DNA of 64,000 nt from Mobula birostris (lineage: Eukaryota), in assembly GCF_030028105.1 (NCBI RefSeq), contig NC_092382.1, positions 88,452,533 to 88,516,532 on the forward strand. The letters are read 5' to 3'. Position 1 is the stretch's first letter; each line of letters opens with the position of its first letter. The translations under genes and the position numbers were made by a program. The notes below the pieces were generated by a model that had not been told where the DNA came from, searched no databases, and saw only the letters and a list, made by a program, of their open reading frames with translations. Shown here one piece after another: positions 36,263 through 48,694 of this stretch.

Positions 36263-36584
36263 AATGCTAATGTCTTACACAGTGAAGATTGACACAAAAT
36301 ACTTACTACGCTCGGCTGCTATTTCTTTGCTCTATTACTGACTCTCCAGTGTCATCTTCCAGTGGTACAATATCAACTCTTCCCTCTCTTTCACTCTTTC
36401 ACTCTTTATATCTCTGAATAACTTTTGGTACTTGATATTATTGGCTCACTTACCTTAATTTTTCATCTTGTCTCTCCTGTGTGTTTTTTTTTAGTTGTCT
36501 CCTGTTGGTTATGTAAAACCTTCCCAATCCTCTAGCTTCCCACTACTTTCTTGCTATATTATATGACCTCGCTCTAGCTTTGAT

Positions 36585-36830
36585 CAAAAACAGGAGAAAA
36601 TCTGTGGATGCTGGAAACCCAAGCAACACATACACAAAAAGCTGGAGGAACCTAGGAGCTCAGGCAGCACATATGGGAAATAGTAAACAGTTGATGTTTC
36701 GGGCCAAGACCCTTCATCGTGACTGGGAAAAAAGATGAGATGTCAGATGAAGAAGTGTGTGGGTGAGAGGGGTGGAAGAAGTGGTAGGTGATAGGTGATA
36801 CTGGGAGATGGGGAGTAGTGAACAAAAACA
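36585..36830 (-). mobile_element. Penelope-like terminal fragment with mutated hammerhead
   Basis: Minus strand cagtcacgatgaagggtcttggcccgaaacatcaactg. Confidence 0.65.
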
Positions 36831-38204
36831 CTTCTGAGGATATAATTTCCTTAACAATTCTCGAAAGATCATTGCTAATGCCTCCACATCTCTTCAGCCA
36901 CCTCTTTCAGACCTCTGGGGTGTACAGGTGACCTATTTACCTTCAGACCATCTCTGTTTCCCAAGAAACTTCTCCCGGGTAACGTAACTTTACACATTCT
37001 GACCACTGACATCTGGGACTTCCATATTCCTGCCAGGGTCTTCGACAGATAAGAGTGATGTACAATGTATATTCAGTTCACCTACCATCACCTTGCACCC
37101 CACCTCATTGCTACCTCTCCAGCATCATTTTCTAGTGGTTTGATATCCACTTCCACCTCCCTTTTACACTGTATGTACCTGAAGAAAAATGTGGTATCCT
37201 CTTTAACACTACTGGCTAGCTCACCTATGTATTCCATCTTTTCCCTCTTAATTATTTTAGTTGCATCCTGTTGGTTTTTAAAAGCTTCCCAATCCTCTAA
37301 CTTCCCAGTAAATTTTGCTCTATGCCCTCTCTTTGGTTTTTAAGTTGTCGTTGATTTCTCTTATCAGCCAGTTTTGTCACCTTACCTTCAGAATACTACT
37401 TCTTCTTTGTGATGTGTCTATCCTGTGCCTTCTGAATTGCTTCCAGAATTGCTATCACTGCTCTGTTTTCATCCCTGCCCATGTTCTTTTCAAATCAAAT
37501 TTGACTATTTCTTCTCTCTTGCTCTATTCCATTCTATTCCATATCCAACTTTAGCTTCTCCTTCTCTAATGTCAGGGTGAATTTGATCAGATTAAGATCA
37601 CTTGCCCCTAAGGGTTCTTCGAACTTAAAGTGACCTAATTAAGTCCGGTTCATTACAACACCCAATCCAGAATAGCCGATCCCCAAGTGGACTCAATCAA
37701 GAGCTGTTCTAAAAAAAAGCATCTTGAAGTCATTCCAGGAATTCCTCCTCTTGAGACCAACACGATCCTAATTTTCCTAATCACCTGCATGACAATCCCC
37801 CATGACTATTGTAACATTGCCCCGTTGGCACGCACTTTCTATCTCCCATTGTCATTTGTGGACCACATACTCACTACTGTTTGGAGGTCTCTATACAATT
37901 CCCATCAGGGATTTTTTTTTACATTTGCTGTTATACCCACAGATTGTACACCTTCCAACCCTATGCCATGTCTTTCTAATGATTTTATTTAATATTTTAC
38001 CAACAGGGCCACACAACCCCACTACCAGCTTGTTCGTGGCTTGTTCTTTCAAGAAACACATAATTATCCGGGAAACAAAAGGACCTGCAGATGCTAGAAA
38101 TCTAGAGAGATATACACAAAGTGCTGGAGGAGCGCAGCATGTCAGGCAGCATCTACGGATGGGAATCAATATTTCGGGCCAAGACCCTTCTTTGGGACTC
38201 TTGA

Positions 38205-39230
38205 TACCGACATATCTGGAAAATCAACAAGCAAAAACAATAGAAAGTGGTGCAAAATTGGAAAAACCTTTGACAAAATTTAGTTCAAGGCTTAAAAAAA
38301 CCCTGCCAAACAGAGCTCAATAGTTAACAAATACAACAAAGGCAATAAACACTTTCATCAATACTGACATTAGCTTTTTAATGAAAATATCTTGGTCCCA
38401 TTTCAATCAGTAAAATTTACAAAGATAAATAAGAACCGAAATGACAAATTTAGAAAAGACTATTTACACTGAAACCCACTTAGATTAACACTACCCTGGG
38501 TAGAAGGAGGAAGAATAACACACATGAAAAAAAATCACACAACAGTCAGAGAAAACTTCTAAGTATATATTTTCATCAAAAAATAACAGGATTCAGTGCT
38601 CCATGTGCATATGCAATTGTGATAAGAGATACAGACGAAAAAACATAAATGAGAGGCTAACTCAGAAAAATGAATCATCACTATGGAAGAAAACATTAAC
38701 CAGTGGAATGAGTATGACCCTCCATGGGAGACATCCCAATGATCTGAGCAGACGAGATGGTGACAAGGAAGCATCGAGCGCCTGACTGAGAGTTGGAGAC
38801 CCCTTCCCAGAAACAGAGGGTTTCCTTGCAGAAATACTGGACAAGGTGGTTAACAAAAAAAAACATACAAAACAAACAAACAAGGCAATAAATGCAGAAA
38901 TTGCCAAGAGAAACCAGACACAATCCAACACATTCCAGGATCCTGCAGCAGGTAAACTCAATCTGATTACTTATGCAGGTACAATCAAGTGGCAAATATC
39001 ATTCACCAAAATCTTGCTTTAAAATACCTACTCATGAATGACCACCATAACTTCATTAAGGCACCATAAATTCAAGCCTGATCCAGTTAGGGACAGAATC
39101 TCACAATTTATATGATAATCAATACATCATTACTGATAGGATAATCTAAAATAACCATCCGGATATAATATTACAGGATAAACAAGCAGGAACAACTCCC
39201 TCAATAGATAAAACCATTCTCAACACACAC
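38205..39230 (+). mobile_element. R4/Dong-like relic, copy D (also 28890-29015 + and 63405-64000 -)
   Basis: Paralogue of 8370-9415. Confidence 0.7.
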
Positions 39231-40542
39231 ATGTCCTCGACCAGTGGAGCACCTCACAACAGGTATTATTTGTGTCATCCGTCAGACAACCGAATTATTT
39301 TCTCTGCCAATCAGTTTCCAAACGTTACTCTGTCATTGGTTGCAACGCCCCACTGCTGATTCCCTTTTCCTCATCATACATTCTTACCCCGATCATCATC
39401 CAGAGCCCAAAACTTTGCCCTGTTCAGACCAGCCTCTGGTTTCTGACCCTGCTTCATTGAACATCCAACTGATGGTTTCCCATTCTGCTTTCAGTCTTTA
39501 GAGGACAGTGTTTTTTTTTCTAACAACCCTTTACAAGCAGGGAAAATGACCCATAATGTGGAAATGAGCCCTGAATAAGGTTACCTCCCAATGTCATTCT
39601 TCCTCAGCCCAGAGATTAGAGGGGTGAAGAACATCTCAGACAGAACTGCAGTCAGCTCGACTTCTTCAGTCTGCAGAAAATTCAAGGAAACCTCTTCACT
39701 CACAGAGTGGTGACTGTTTGGAACCTATCACCACAGGGAGAGCGAGAGATGAACAACAGGGGAGGATTTAAAAGGACTGTTGTGGAACTGAATCACTGGC
39801 AGGGTCCAGCCGGCCTGAGTTGATTCTCTACTGTATACTAGTTGTGTTGTAAATTCACTAAGTACCAGAGACAGAGTTTAAAATAGAACTGATTTATTTA
39901 TCTCAGATCTAGAATATTAAACTCCAGTCCCATGAAAGGTGAATGTGCAGCAGAAGAAACTCCTCCCATGCCCGGTGACCAGGGTGCAGAACTGGGTGTG
40001 CTGAGCAGCAGCAATAATTACACAGTTCAACACCGACAGACACTCTTGAAATAGCATTCAGCAACGGTGATGGACAAATATCCAGCATGCAGTTAATTGA
40101 AACTTTCTCCCCAGTGTGAACCCCGTAAGGTGTCACAAGGTTAGATAACTGAGTGAATCACTTCCCACATTCACAGCAGGTGAACAGTTTCTCCCCAGTG
40201 GGAACTCAATGATGGTTGATTTGACTGAGAGAATCTCTTCCTTAGCTCTTAGTAGGGGATCGGACCAGTGTGAACTCGCTGGTGTCTCAGTAGTTGAGAT
40301 GACCGAGTGAATCCCTTCCCACATTCTGACCAAGTGAATGGCCTCTCCCGAGTCTGAACTGACCAGTATGCCAGTAGAGTGGATGACCGAGTGAATCCCT
40401 TCCAACAGTCTGAACAGGTGAATGGCCTCTCCTCAGTGTGAACTCACTGGTGTACCAGTAGGTAATATGACTGAGTGAATCCATTCCCACAAACTAAGCA
40501 GGTGAATGCCCAATCCCTGGTGTGAAGTGACTGGTGTCTCAG

Positions 40543-41718
40543 TCACTGAGATGACAAAGTGAATCCCTTCCCACAGTCTGAGCAGGTGAACAGCCTCTCT
40601 CCAGTGTGAACTCGCTGATGTACCTTCAGTTTAGATGAGCAAGTGAATCCCTTCCCACAGAATGAGCAGGTGAACGGCCTCTCCCCAGTGTGAAGTCGCT
40701 GGTGAGCCTTTAGGGTGGATGACTGAGTGAATCCCTTCCCGCAGTCTGAGCAGGTGAATGGCCTCTCTCCAGTGTGAACTCGCTGATGTTCCTTCAGTTT
40801 AGATGAGCAAGTGAATCCCTTCCCACAGTCTGAGCAGGTGAACGGCCGCTCTCCAGTGTGAACTCGCTGATGGTCCTTCAGATTAGATGACCAAGTGAAT
40901 CCTTTCCCACAGTCCGAGCAGGTGAATGGCCTCTCTCCAGTGTGAACTCGCTGATGTACCTTCAGTTTATATGAGCAAGTGAATCCCTTCCCACATTCTG
41001 AGCAGTTGAAATCCCTCTCTGCAGTGTGAACTCGCTGATGTACCTTCAGTTTATATGAGCAAGGGAACCCCTTCCCACATTCTGAGCAGGTGAAATCCCT
41101 CTTTTCAGTGTGAACTGACAGATGTGCTTGTAGGTGGGATGACTGAGTGAATCCCTTCCCACAGTTTGAGCAGGTGAACGGCCTCTCTCCAGTGTGAACT
41201 CGCTGATGTTCCTTCAGTTTAGATGAGCAAGTGAATCCTTTCCCACAGTCTAAGCAGGTGAACGACCTCTCTCCAGTGTGAACTCGCTGATGTACCTTCA
41301 GTTGAGATGAGAAGGTGAATCCCTTCCCACAGTCTGAGCAGGTGAATGGCCACTCCCCGGTGTGATCTGACTGGTGTCCCAGTAGGGAGGATGATTCAGT
41401 GAAACCCTTCCCACAGATTAAGCAGGTGAACGGCCGCTCCCCTGTGTGAATTGACTGGTGTCTCTTTAAGGAGGATGATTCAGTGAATCCCTTCCCACAG
41501 ACTGAGCAGGTGAATGGCCTCTCTCCAGTGTGAACTCGCTGGTGAGCCATTAGGGTGGATGACTGAGTGAATCTCTTCCCACAGTCTGAGCAGGTGAATG
41601 GCCTCTCTCCAGTGTGAATTCGCTGATGTACCTTCAGTTGGGATGACCAAGTGAATCCCTTCCCACAGTCTGAGCAGGTGAACGGCCTCTCTCCAGTGTG
41701 AACTCGCTGGTGAGCCAT
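40543..41718 (-). CDS. C2H2 zinc-finger protein D, 13 complete fingers
   Basis: 391-aa finger ORF; degenerate fingers continue to about 40100. Confidence 0.88.
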   Translation of the reverse strand: MAHQRVHTGERPFTCSDCGKGFTWSSQLKVHQRIHTGERPFTCSDCGKRFTQSSTLMAHQRVHTGERPFTCSVCGKGFTESSSLKRHQSIHTGERPFTCLICGKGFTESSSLLGHQSDHTGEWPFTCSDCGKGFTFSSQLKVHQRVHTGERSFTCLDCGKGFTCSSKLKEHQRVHTGERPFTCSNCGKGFTQSSHLQAHLSVHTEKRDFTCSECGKGFPCSYKLKVHQRVHTAERDFNCSECGKGFTCSYKLKVHQRVHTGERPFTCSDCGKGFTWSSNLKDHQRVHTGERPFTCSDCGKGFTCSSKLKEHQRVHTGERPFTCSDCGKGFTQSSTLKAHQRLHTGERPFTCSFCGKGFTCSSKLKVHQRVHTGERLFTCSDCGKGFTLSSQ

Positions 41719-44700
41719 TAGGTCAGATGACTGAGTGAATCCTTCCCCACAAATTCAGCAGATGACTAGCCTCTGCCCAGTGTGAACCGACTGGTGTGTC
41801 CACAGGTGGGAGGACCGACTGAATCCCTTCTCACACACAGAAGAGGTGAACGGCCTTGTCCCAGTGTGAACTTGCTGATGTAGCTTCAGTTGAGATGACT
41901 GAGTGAATCCATTCCCAATGTCTGTACAGATGAATAGCCTCTCCCCTGTGTAAAATTATGGGTGTGTCAGTAGGTCAGATGATCGGGTGAATCCCTCCCC
42001 ACAGTCTGAGCAGGTAGGATGATTGAGTGAATCCCTTGCTCCACTTCTTAATTATTTGGACAGAGACAGCAAAACTAGCGTGTTGTGTTCGAGATTCCCG
42101 TAGACAAAATTCCTTGTCATTTTTAACCTGTAAAAAAATTTATAAAATCCATCAATGAGTGAAGGACAGTATTTCAGACGAGATCACTTGAGTTGACCAG
42201 GTATGATCTGACAACACACTGTTACAGAGAGGTTCAACCCAAGCTGGGGAGAGAAATCACCTTCTAACTGCGCACAGTGCTGGTATCTGGAATGACCATC
42301 AAATTCTCTGATGCTTTTCCTGTCTCTAAAAGAAGGGGGCATTTCTACTGTCTCCAATCTATGACCTGGCTGAGTTTGACTCTCTCCATTGGTATTATTC
42401 CTTGTTCCCACTGAACTGCATGGGTTCCTGGCCCCACAGTAACTGAACAACTCTCACACAAATAGCTGGCAGTGCATTCCACGCACCACCACTCTCTGTG
42501 TAAAAAAAACTTTCTCTTGACATCCCCCTCAGTATCTATTTCCAAGCACCTTAAAACTATGCCACTCATGCTAGCCATTTCCACCCTGGGAAAAAACCTC
42601 TGGCTGTCCACACGATAAATGCCCCTCATCATCTTATACATCTAAAAAAGGCTCTAAATATAAACAAGGAAATTATACATTGCTTTGAGGATTTGTTAGT
42701 ATACAAAATTTTGAGGGTATAGATAGGGTAAATGCAAGCAGCTTTTTCCACTGAGGTTGGGTGGGACGACAACCAGAGGTCATGGGTACGTGGGAGAGGT
42801 GAAAATTTGACAGGAACATGTGGAAAAGCTCTTTACTGAAATGGTCGTGAGAGTGTGGAATGAGATGCCAGCACAAGTGGTGAATATGAGCTCGGTGTCA
42901 CCATTTAAAAGAAGTTTGATAGGTACCTTGATGGTAGAGGTACGGAGGGCGATGGTCCCGGTGCAGGTAGTTGCATTAGACAGCTTAAATGTTTTTTCAG
43001 CATTGACTGGATGGGTCAAATAGCCTGTTTCTGTACTGAACATCTCCATGTTTCTATGACAGAGGAGCTGGCCAAACTTGTTTGGCAGGGATAAGGTAGG
43101 AGTGACAACGGAGCAGCAATGGCGGGAGTTTGTGGGACCAATTTGGGTGCTGAGTGATAGATACATCCCAAAGAAGTGGAAGCAGTGGAAAGGCAGGACA
43201 CAACTGTGGCTGAAATGAGAAGCCAAAGCCAATATAAAAGCCAAAGAGAGGGTAAATAATGACCAAAAACTATTGGGAAGCTTTTAGAAACCAACAGAAG
43301 ACAACTAAAAAAAAGTCAGATGAGCTCAGTGCATGGACTCATGGAATTGTAGTCATTAATGAGTCTTGGTAGCACCCATTAGAGGAACAAAATATCCGGG
43401 GCCTCAATATCTCCTGAAAACCCAGGTTCCCTGCACCAGTTACCTGCAACCTTTTACCTTTTATTTTGGCAGGTTCATACAAACTGGACACCCTCAAAAT
43501 TTCATTTCTGAAGGTCTCCCACTTACCAAGTACTCCTTTGGCAGAAAACAGCCTGTCCCAAACCACACTTGTCAGATCCTTTCTGATACCATCAAAATTG
43601 ACCTTTCTCCAACTTAGATTCTCAACCCGTTGTCTAGACCTCTCTTTTTCCATATTTACTTGGAACCTCATGGCATTATGATCATTAGACACAAAGTGTT
43701 CCCATACACTAATTTCTGTCACTAGCCCTGGATCATTTCCTGATAGCTTATCGCACACTTCTACGTCAGGAATTCTATGTACTGATTAAGAGCATATTTG
43801 ACAAACTCTACCCCATCTAGTCCTTTTACAGTATGGGGGTCCCAGTCAATATATGGAAAGTTGAAATCACTTCCTAAATCAACCTTTGTTTCTTGGCCTA
43901 GTCTACGATCCCTCTACAAATTTGTTCCTCTTAATCCCTCAGACTGTTGGGTGCAACCAAGTCCCAGTAATGGCTACAATATCATAATTCCCTGTCCTGA
44001 GCTCATCTGACTTTCCTATGATGCTTCCTGCATTGTGATATACACAGTTCAGGACAGTCGTCACACCATGCTCAACCATTTGATTGCTGTCTTTGTCTGA
44101 GGTCTGAACAACATCTGTCTGGTGTCAATAAAACAACCTCTCTGGGATAGCGTCCTCCACCAGTACATCAGACTGACTAATTCAATGCTGAAACAATTGA
44201 ATTTCTGTGTTATATTGACTGTCCTGTTGTATATACGATTTATTATAAATTACTATAAATTGCACATTGCACATTTAGATGGATATGTAACAAAGATTTT
44301 TGCTCCTCGTGTATATGAAGGATACAAGTAATAAAGTCAATTGAATTCAACTCACCCTCTCCACTATCTGTTCTGTCATTCTGGCTCCCATCCCCACTGA
44401 AACTTTAGTTTAACCTCTCCCCCCCCCCAACCCCCCACTAGCAATAGCCAGCCTTATCCCTAGGATATTAGTCCCCTTCTAGTTCTGTTGCCCTAACTAA
44501 TTCCCTGCAACACTTTCTAAAGTAGTCCACCTGTCGTTGTGGGGGATAGCACCGAGGGTACTCTGCAATGGCTATTTAACCTCATTCCCCTTAATGACTC
44601 TCACCCAGTTTCCTGTGTCCTGCACCTTGGGTGTAACTCACCTCTCTTCATGTCATACCTATTTCCCCCCCCCCCCCCAACTCCTGGATGATCCGGAACT

Positions 44701-45824
44701 CATCCATTTCCAGCTTCAGCTCTTTAAAGTGCGGGGTTACAAGCTGCAGCTGGATGCACATCTTGTAGCTGAGGGCATCAGGGATACTGGAGGTCTCCCC
44801 ACCTTCCCACCAATGTCCCCTTTAATTTGTTAAGACCAGTGTGCACCTAAATCTTGTACTGTACATTTTTCACCCAGTGACAACATGTGCACAGTGAATT
44901 TTAAATAGAGAGGTCTTCATTTTCACACCTAGCAAATCACTGTCGATAAGAACTTTGATCTCCTCTGGGTTGATCGAGTTCATCTGCACTCTCACACAAC
45001 CTATGTAGCAGGCTTGTAATGGGTAATGAAGGATTTTCTCACCAGAGCTTTTGCACACTGTCCCTATGTGGTTTGCTTGCTAAATTACACTTTGAAAAGT
45101 CAGATTTCCAAATATCACTCCACTTCCTCCCACTTGCAAATTTTCCAGCAACTTTTGCATCACCACAATACACAAAGGTAACACCAGTTTCTGTATTGTA
45201 CATAAATATTTCCCCTGAACCCTCCCCCAGGAGACTAAGGGTGGTGAACTCAGTGATGGCAATGCCAGTCAATATGAACTACTCTGCCTCATTGGAGTCT
45301 CACACATTTGTGATGTGAGAACTACTTGTACACCCAGAGTGAATGGGTCAAAACATGTTCTCACGACTAGAAAAGTCCAGAACAAGAGGAGGTAGAACAA
45401 GCAACACACACAAAATGCTTCAGGAGCTCAGCAGGCCAGGCAGCATCTATGGAAAAGAATACTAATGCTGAGTACCTCCAGCAATTTGTGTGTGTTGCTT
45501 GGATTTTCAACATCTGCAGACCTTCTCTTGTTTGTGATCGGAGGTAGAACAAAGGTGATTTTCTCAACAGCTGATGTAAAAGATTTTGTTCCCTTTCTCC
45601 GAGTTCCCAGTCCTTGCATTTAGACAGCTGGAGCTCAGCTCTGTCTGAGAGATCCATCGGTTCCCATTCCCTCATCAGCCGGAAGCTCCCCGGGGCCCGT
45701 GCAGGGATGGTGGGGCTGAGAGAGAGGGAAGAGATCAGGACTGTCCCGGGATTGCGGGTCACGGTGGCAAGGTTCACAGCAATTGCCCCCCAGTCGGTTT
45801 TGAATTTTCTCCCCGGAGATACAC

Positions 45825-45935
45825 TCTTACCTGGGCCGATCACCCCAACTCCTTTTGTTTACTGCGCGCATGCGCGATATTCGAGAACATCCGCAGCCCT
45901 GACGCCTGCGCATTAGATCGGCGCTTCAGCGAGCT
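45825..45935 (-). promoter_or_regulatory. Promoter/exon 1 of ZNF D
   Basis: NRF1-like tgcgcgcatgcgcg (45863) and cgcctgcgca (45903); donor cag|gtaaga at 45830; paralogue of 12780-12899. Confidence 0.6.
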
Positions 45936-46604
45936 TTCTGGGTAATCACGGTGCCATGAAAAGTTTCTGTAAGCACCGGTTGTCTATACTTAAGGTTTTT
46001 CTTCCGTAGCAAGCAGAAAGCAGCTTCCATAAACAATACACTTCATATCAGCAAACATTCCGCGTGTCTGATGCCAAAGTAGAACCTTCTTCCAAATGCA
46101 GATATAAAACACGAGATTCTGCTGTTGCTGGAAATGCAGACACATTCACACAAAATGCTGGAGGAACTTTGCAGTTCAGGCAGCAACTAAGCAAAGGGGT
46201 ACACAGTCTAGGCTTGCTGAAGGGGCTTGGCCTAAATGTTATCTATTTATTCCTCTCCACATTCACTGCCTGATCTGTTGATTTCCTCCAGTATTTTGCA
46301 GAAATTAACCACCTTTTTTTCAATCAGTTTCAAAATGTTTCTGGTCTTTAACTTGTAGCCACATCCTGCTGGTCTGATTCCTCTTCCTCCTCTTCGTAAA
46401 CTTTAGGTCCTATCTCTTTCTGGAGCACCAAAGCCCTGATTCAGGCTGGTAACTCTTTGGTTTCTGACTCTACACCATTGAAGGTTCATTTGCTAGTCTG
46501 CTGTCAGACTTTAGAAGCGCATTGCAACAACCTAGCTGTCTGAGGCACAGTCCTTTGAAATGAGTGAAAATGATACAAAACGTTGAAAATGATCGGGGAA
46601 GAAA

Positions 46605-47262
46605 GGGATAGGGTGGTGAAGAAAGCTTTTGGTTTGCTGGCCTTTATTAACCAGAGCATTGAGTATAGGAGTTGGGATGTAATGTTGAATTTGTATAAGA
46701 CATTGGTAAGGCCAAATCTGGAGTATTGTGTATAGTTCTGGTCACCGAATTATAGGAAAGATGTCAATAAAATTAAGAGATTACAGAGGAGGTTTACTAA
46801 AATGTTGCCTGGGTTTCATCTCCTAAGTTACAGAGAAAGGTTGAACAATTTAGGTCTTTATTCTTTGGAGCATAGAAGGTTGAGAGGAAACTTAATAGAG
46901 GTGTTTAAAATTATGAGGGGGATTGATAGAGTTGACGTGGTTAGACATTTTCTATTGACAGTGGGGAAGATTCAAACAAGAGGGCATGGGTTGAGAATTA
47001 GAGGACAAAAGTTTAGGGGTAACATGAGGGGGAACTTCTTTACTCTGAGAGTGGTAGCTGTGTGGAACGAGCTTCCAGCAGAAGTGGTTGAGGCAGGTTC
47101 TATGTTGTCGTTTAAAGTTAAATTGGATAGATATATGGACAGGAAAGGAATGGAGGGTTATGGGCTGAGTGCAGGTCGTGGGAATAGGATAGGGTAAGAG
47201 TTTGGCACAGACTAGAAGGGCCGAGATGGCCTGTTTCCATGCTGTAATTGTTATATGGTTAT
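46605..47262 (+). mobile_element. Young 5'-truncated CR1, specific to copy D
   Basis: ORF 46802-47197 is the CR1 C-terminus; flanked by aagaa; empty site near 12095. Confidence 0.8.
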
Positions 47263-48694
47263 AAGAAGGAGCTTAACCACCTTAGACCAGAGCCCTGAAG
47301 AACGTTAAAAGCACAGTGAGCTCATCGTGTTATTCAGCCTGGAGAGAAGCATGCAGGAAATTCATGCAGGTGTATAGGATGATGAGAGGCATTGGTCGTG
47401 TGGAGAGGCTTTTCCCCAGGGCTGAAACGGCTAACACGAGGGGACACAGGTTTAAACTGCTTGGGAGTAGGTACAGAGGAGATGTCAGAGCTAAGTGTTT
47501 GAAACAAAGTGTGGTGTGTGTGTGTGTGTGGAATGCACTGCCAGCGACGGTGGTAGAGGCAGATACAATAGGGTCTTTTAAGAGACTCTTAGATAGGTAC
47601 ATGGAGATTAGGAAAACAGAGGGCTATGTGGCAGGGTAATTCTAGACAGTTTCTAGAGTCAGTTACATGGTCGACACAACATTGTGGGCCAAAGGGTCTG
47701 TAATGTGCTGTAGATTTCTATGGTTCTATGTAATTGAAGGGAACTCTCCTATCCCACGGAGTGGTGAATAGTTACAACCTGTCATCACAGGGAGAGTGAG
47801 AGGGGAACGGCAGGGAAAGATTTTGATATACTGATATGGAACAGAAACATGGGCAGGGACCAGATAGGCCGAGTGGCCTCCCTAGTGTACATTGTGAGTG
47901 TGGTATAGACAGTAAGTACCTGAGACACGGGATTTGATTCAGAACTGATTTATCTTTCACAGATCCACAATATTAAACACCAGTCTAGTTTAAGGCTAAC
48001 GTCAGCAGAACGGACTTCCCCAATGCTCAGTGACCAGGGTTCAGTACTGGGTGCGATGAGCAGCCGCAAGAACTGCAGAATCTGACAGTAACAGTTCCTC
48101 ATGAACCTGCAGCTGCCTTCAGTCACCGAGATGGTCAAACATTTAACACAGAGCCATTCATGTGAGAATTTAGCCTTTTCTATTTTTCCGAGCTTCTCGT
48201 AAATGTGTGCAGTTTAGTTAAGCTTTATTCCAGAATTTCCACACAACTAAGAGTTTATTACATTTTTTTAATTTTTAGTTTTGCAGTACTTATATAATTT
48301 AACTATTTAATATGTATATTATTGTACTACATAATTGTTAAAATCTATTGTTATGAATTAGGTTCTACTGCTGCCGCAGAGACAAAAAATGTCATGACAT
48401 ATGCTGGTGCTATTAAACCTGATTCTGATAATTGATATGGGAGAACCACCACCGGTCACCTGATCCCAGTTACCGCAGATCGTAATGCGAGATTGAAGCC
48501 TTTTCTATTTATCTGCATTCCTCAGAAATGACAACAGTTCAGTTAAGTTTCCTTCAGAGGTTCCAAAGCAGAATCTCAGTCTGTCTAATATTTCCACACA
48601 ATTAAAATGGGAATTTGTTTATTGTTATCACGTACTGAGCTACAGTGAAAATCTTGCCTGACGTACTATCCACACAGATCAATACATTACAACA

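Larger units (their letters stand above)
36850..48135 (-). repeat. Inverted, nearly complete cassette copy D
   Basis: Reverse complement of B 11270-16810 joined at about 42465 to B 20080 onward, then the A-type 3' region. Confidence 0.9.
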
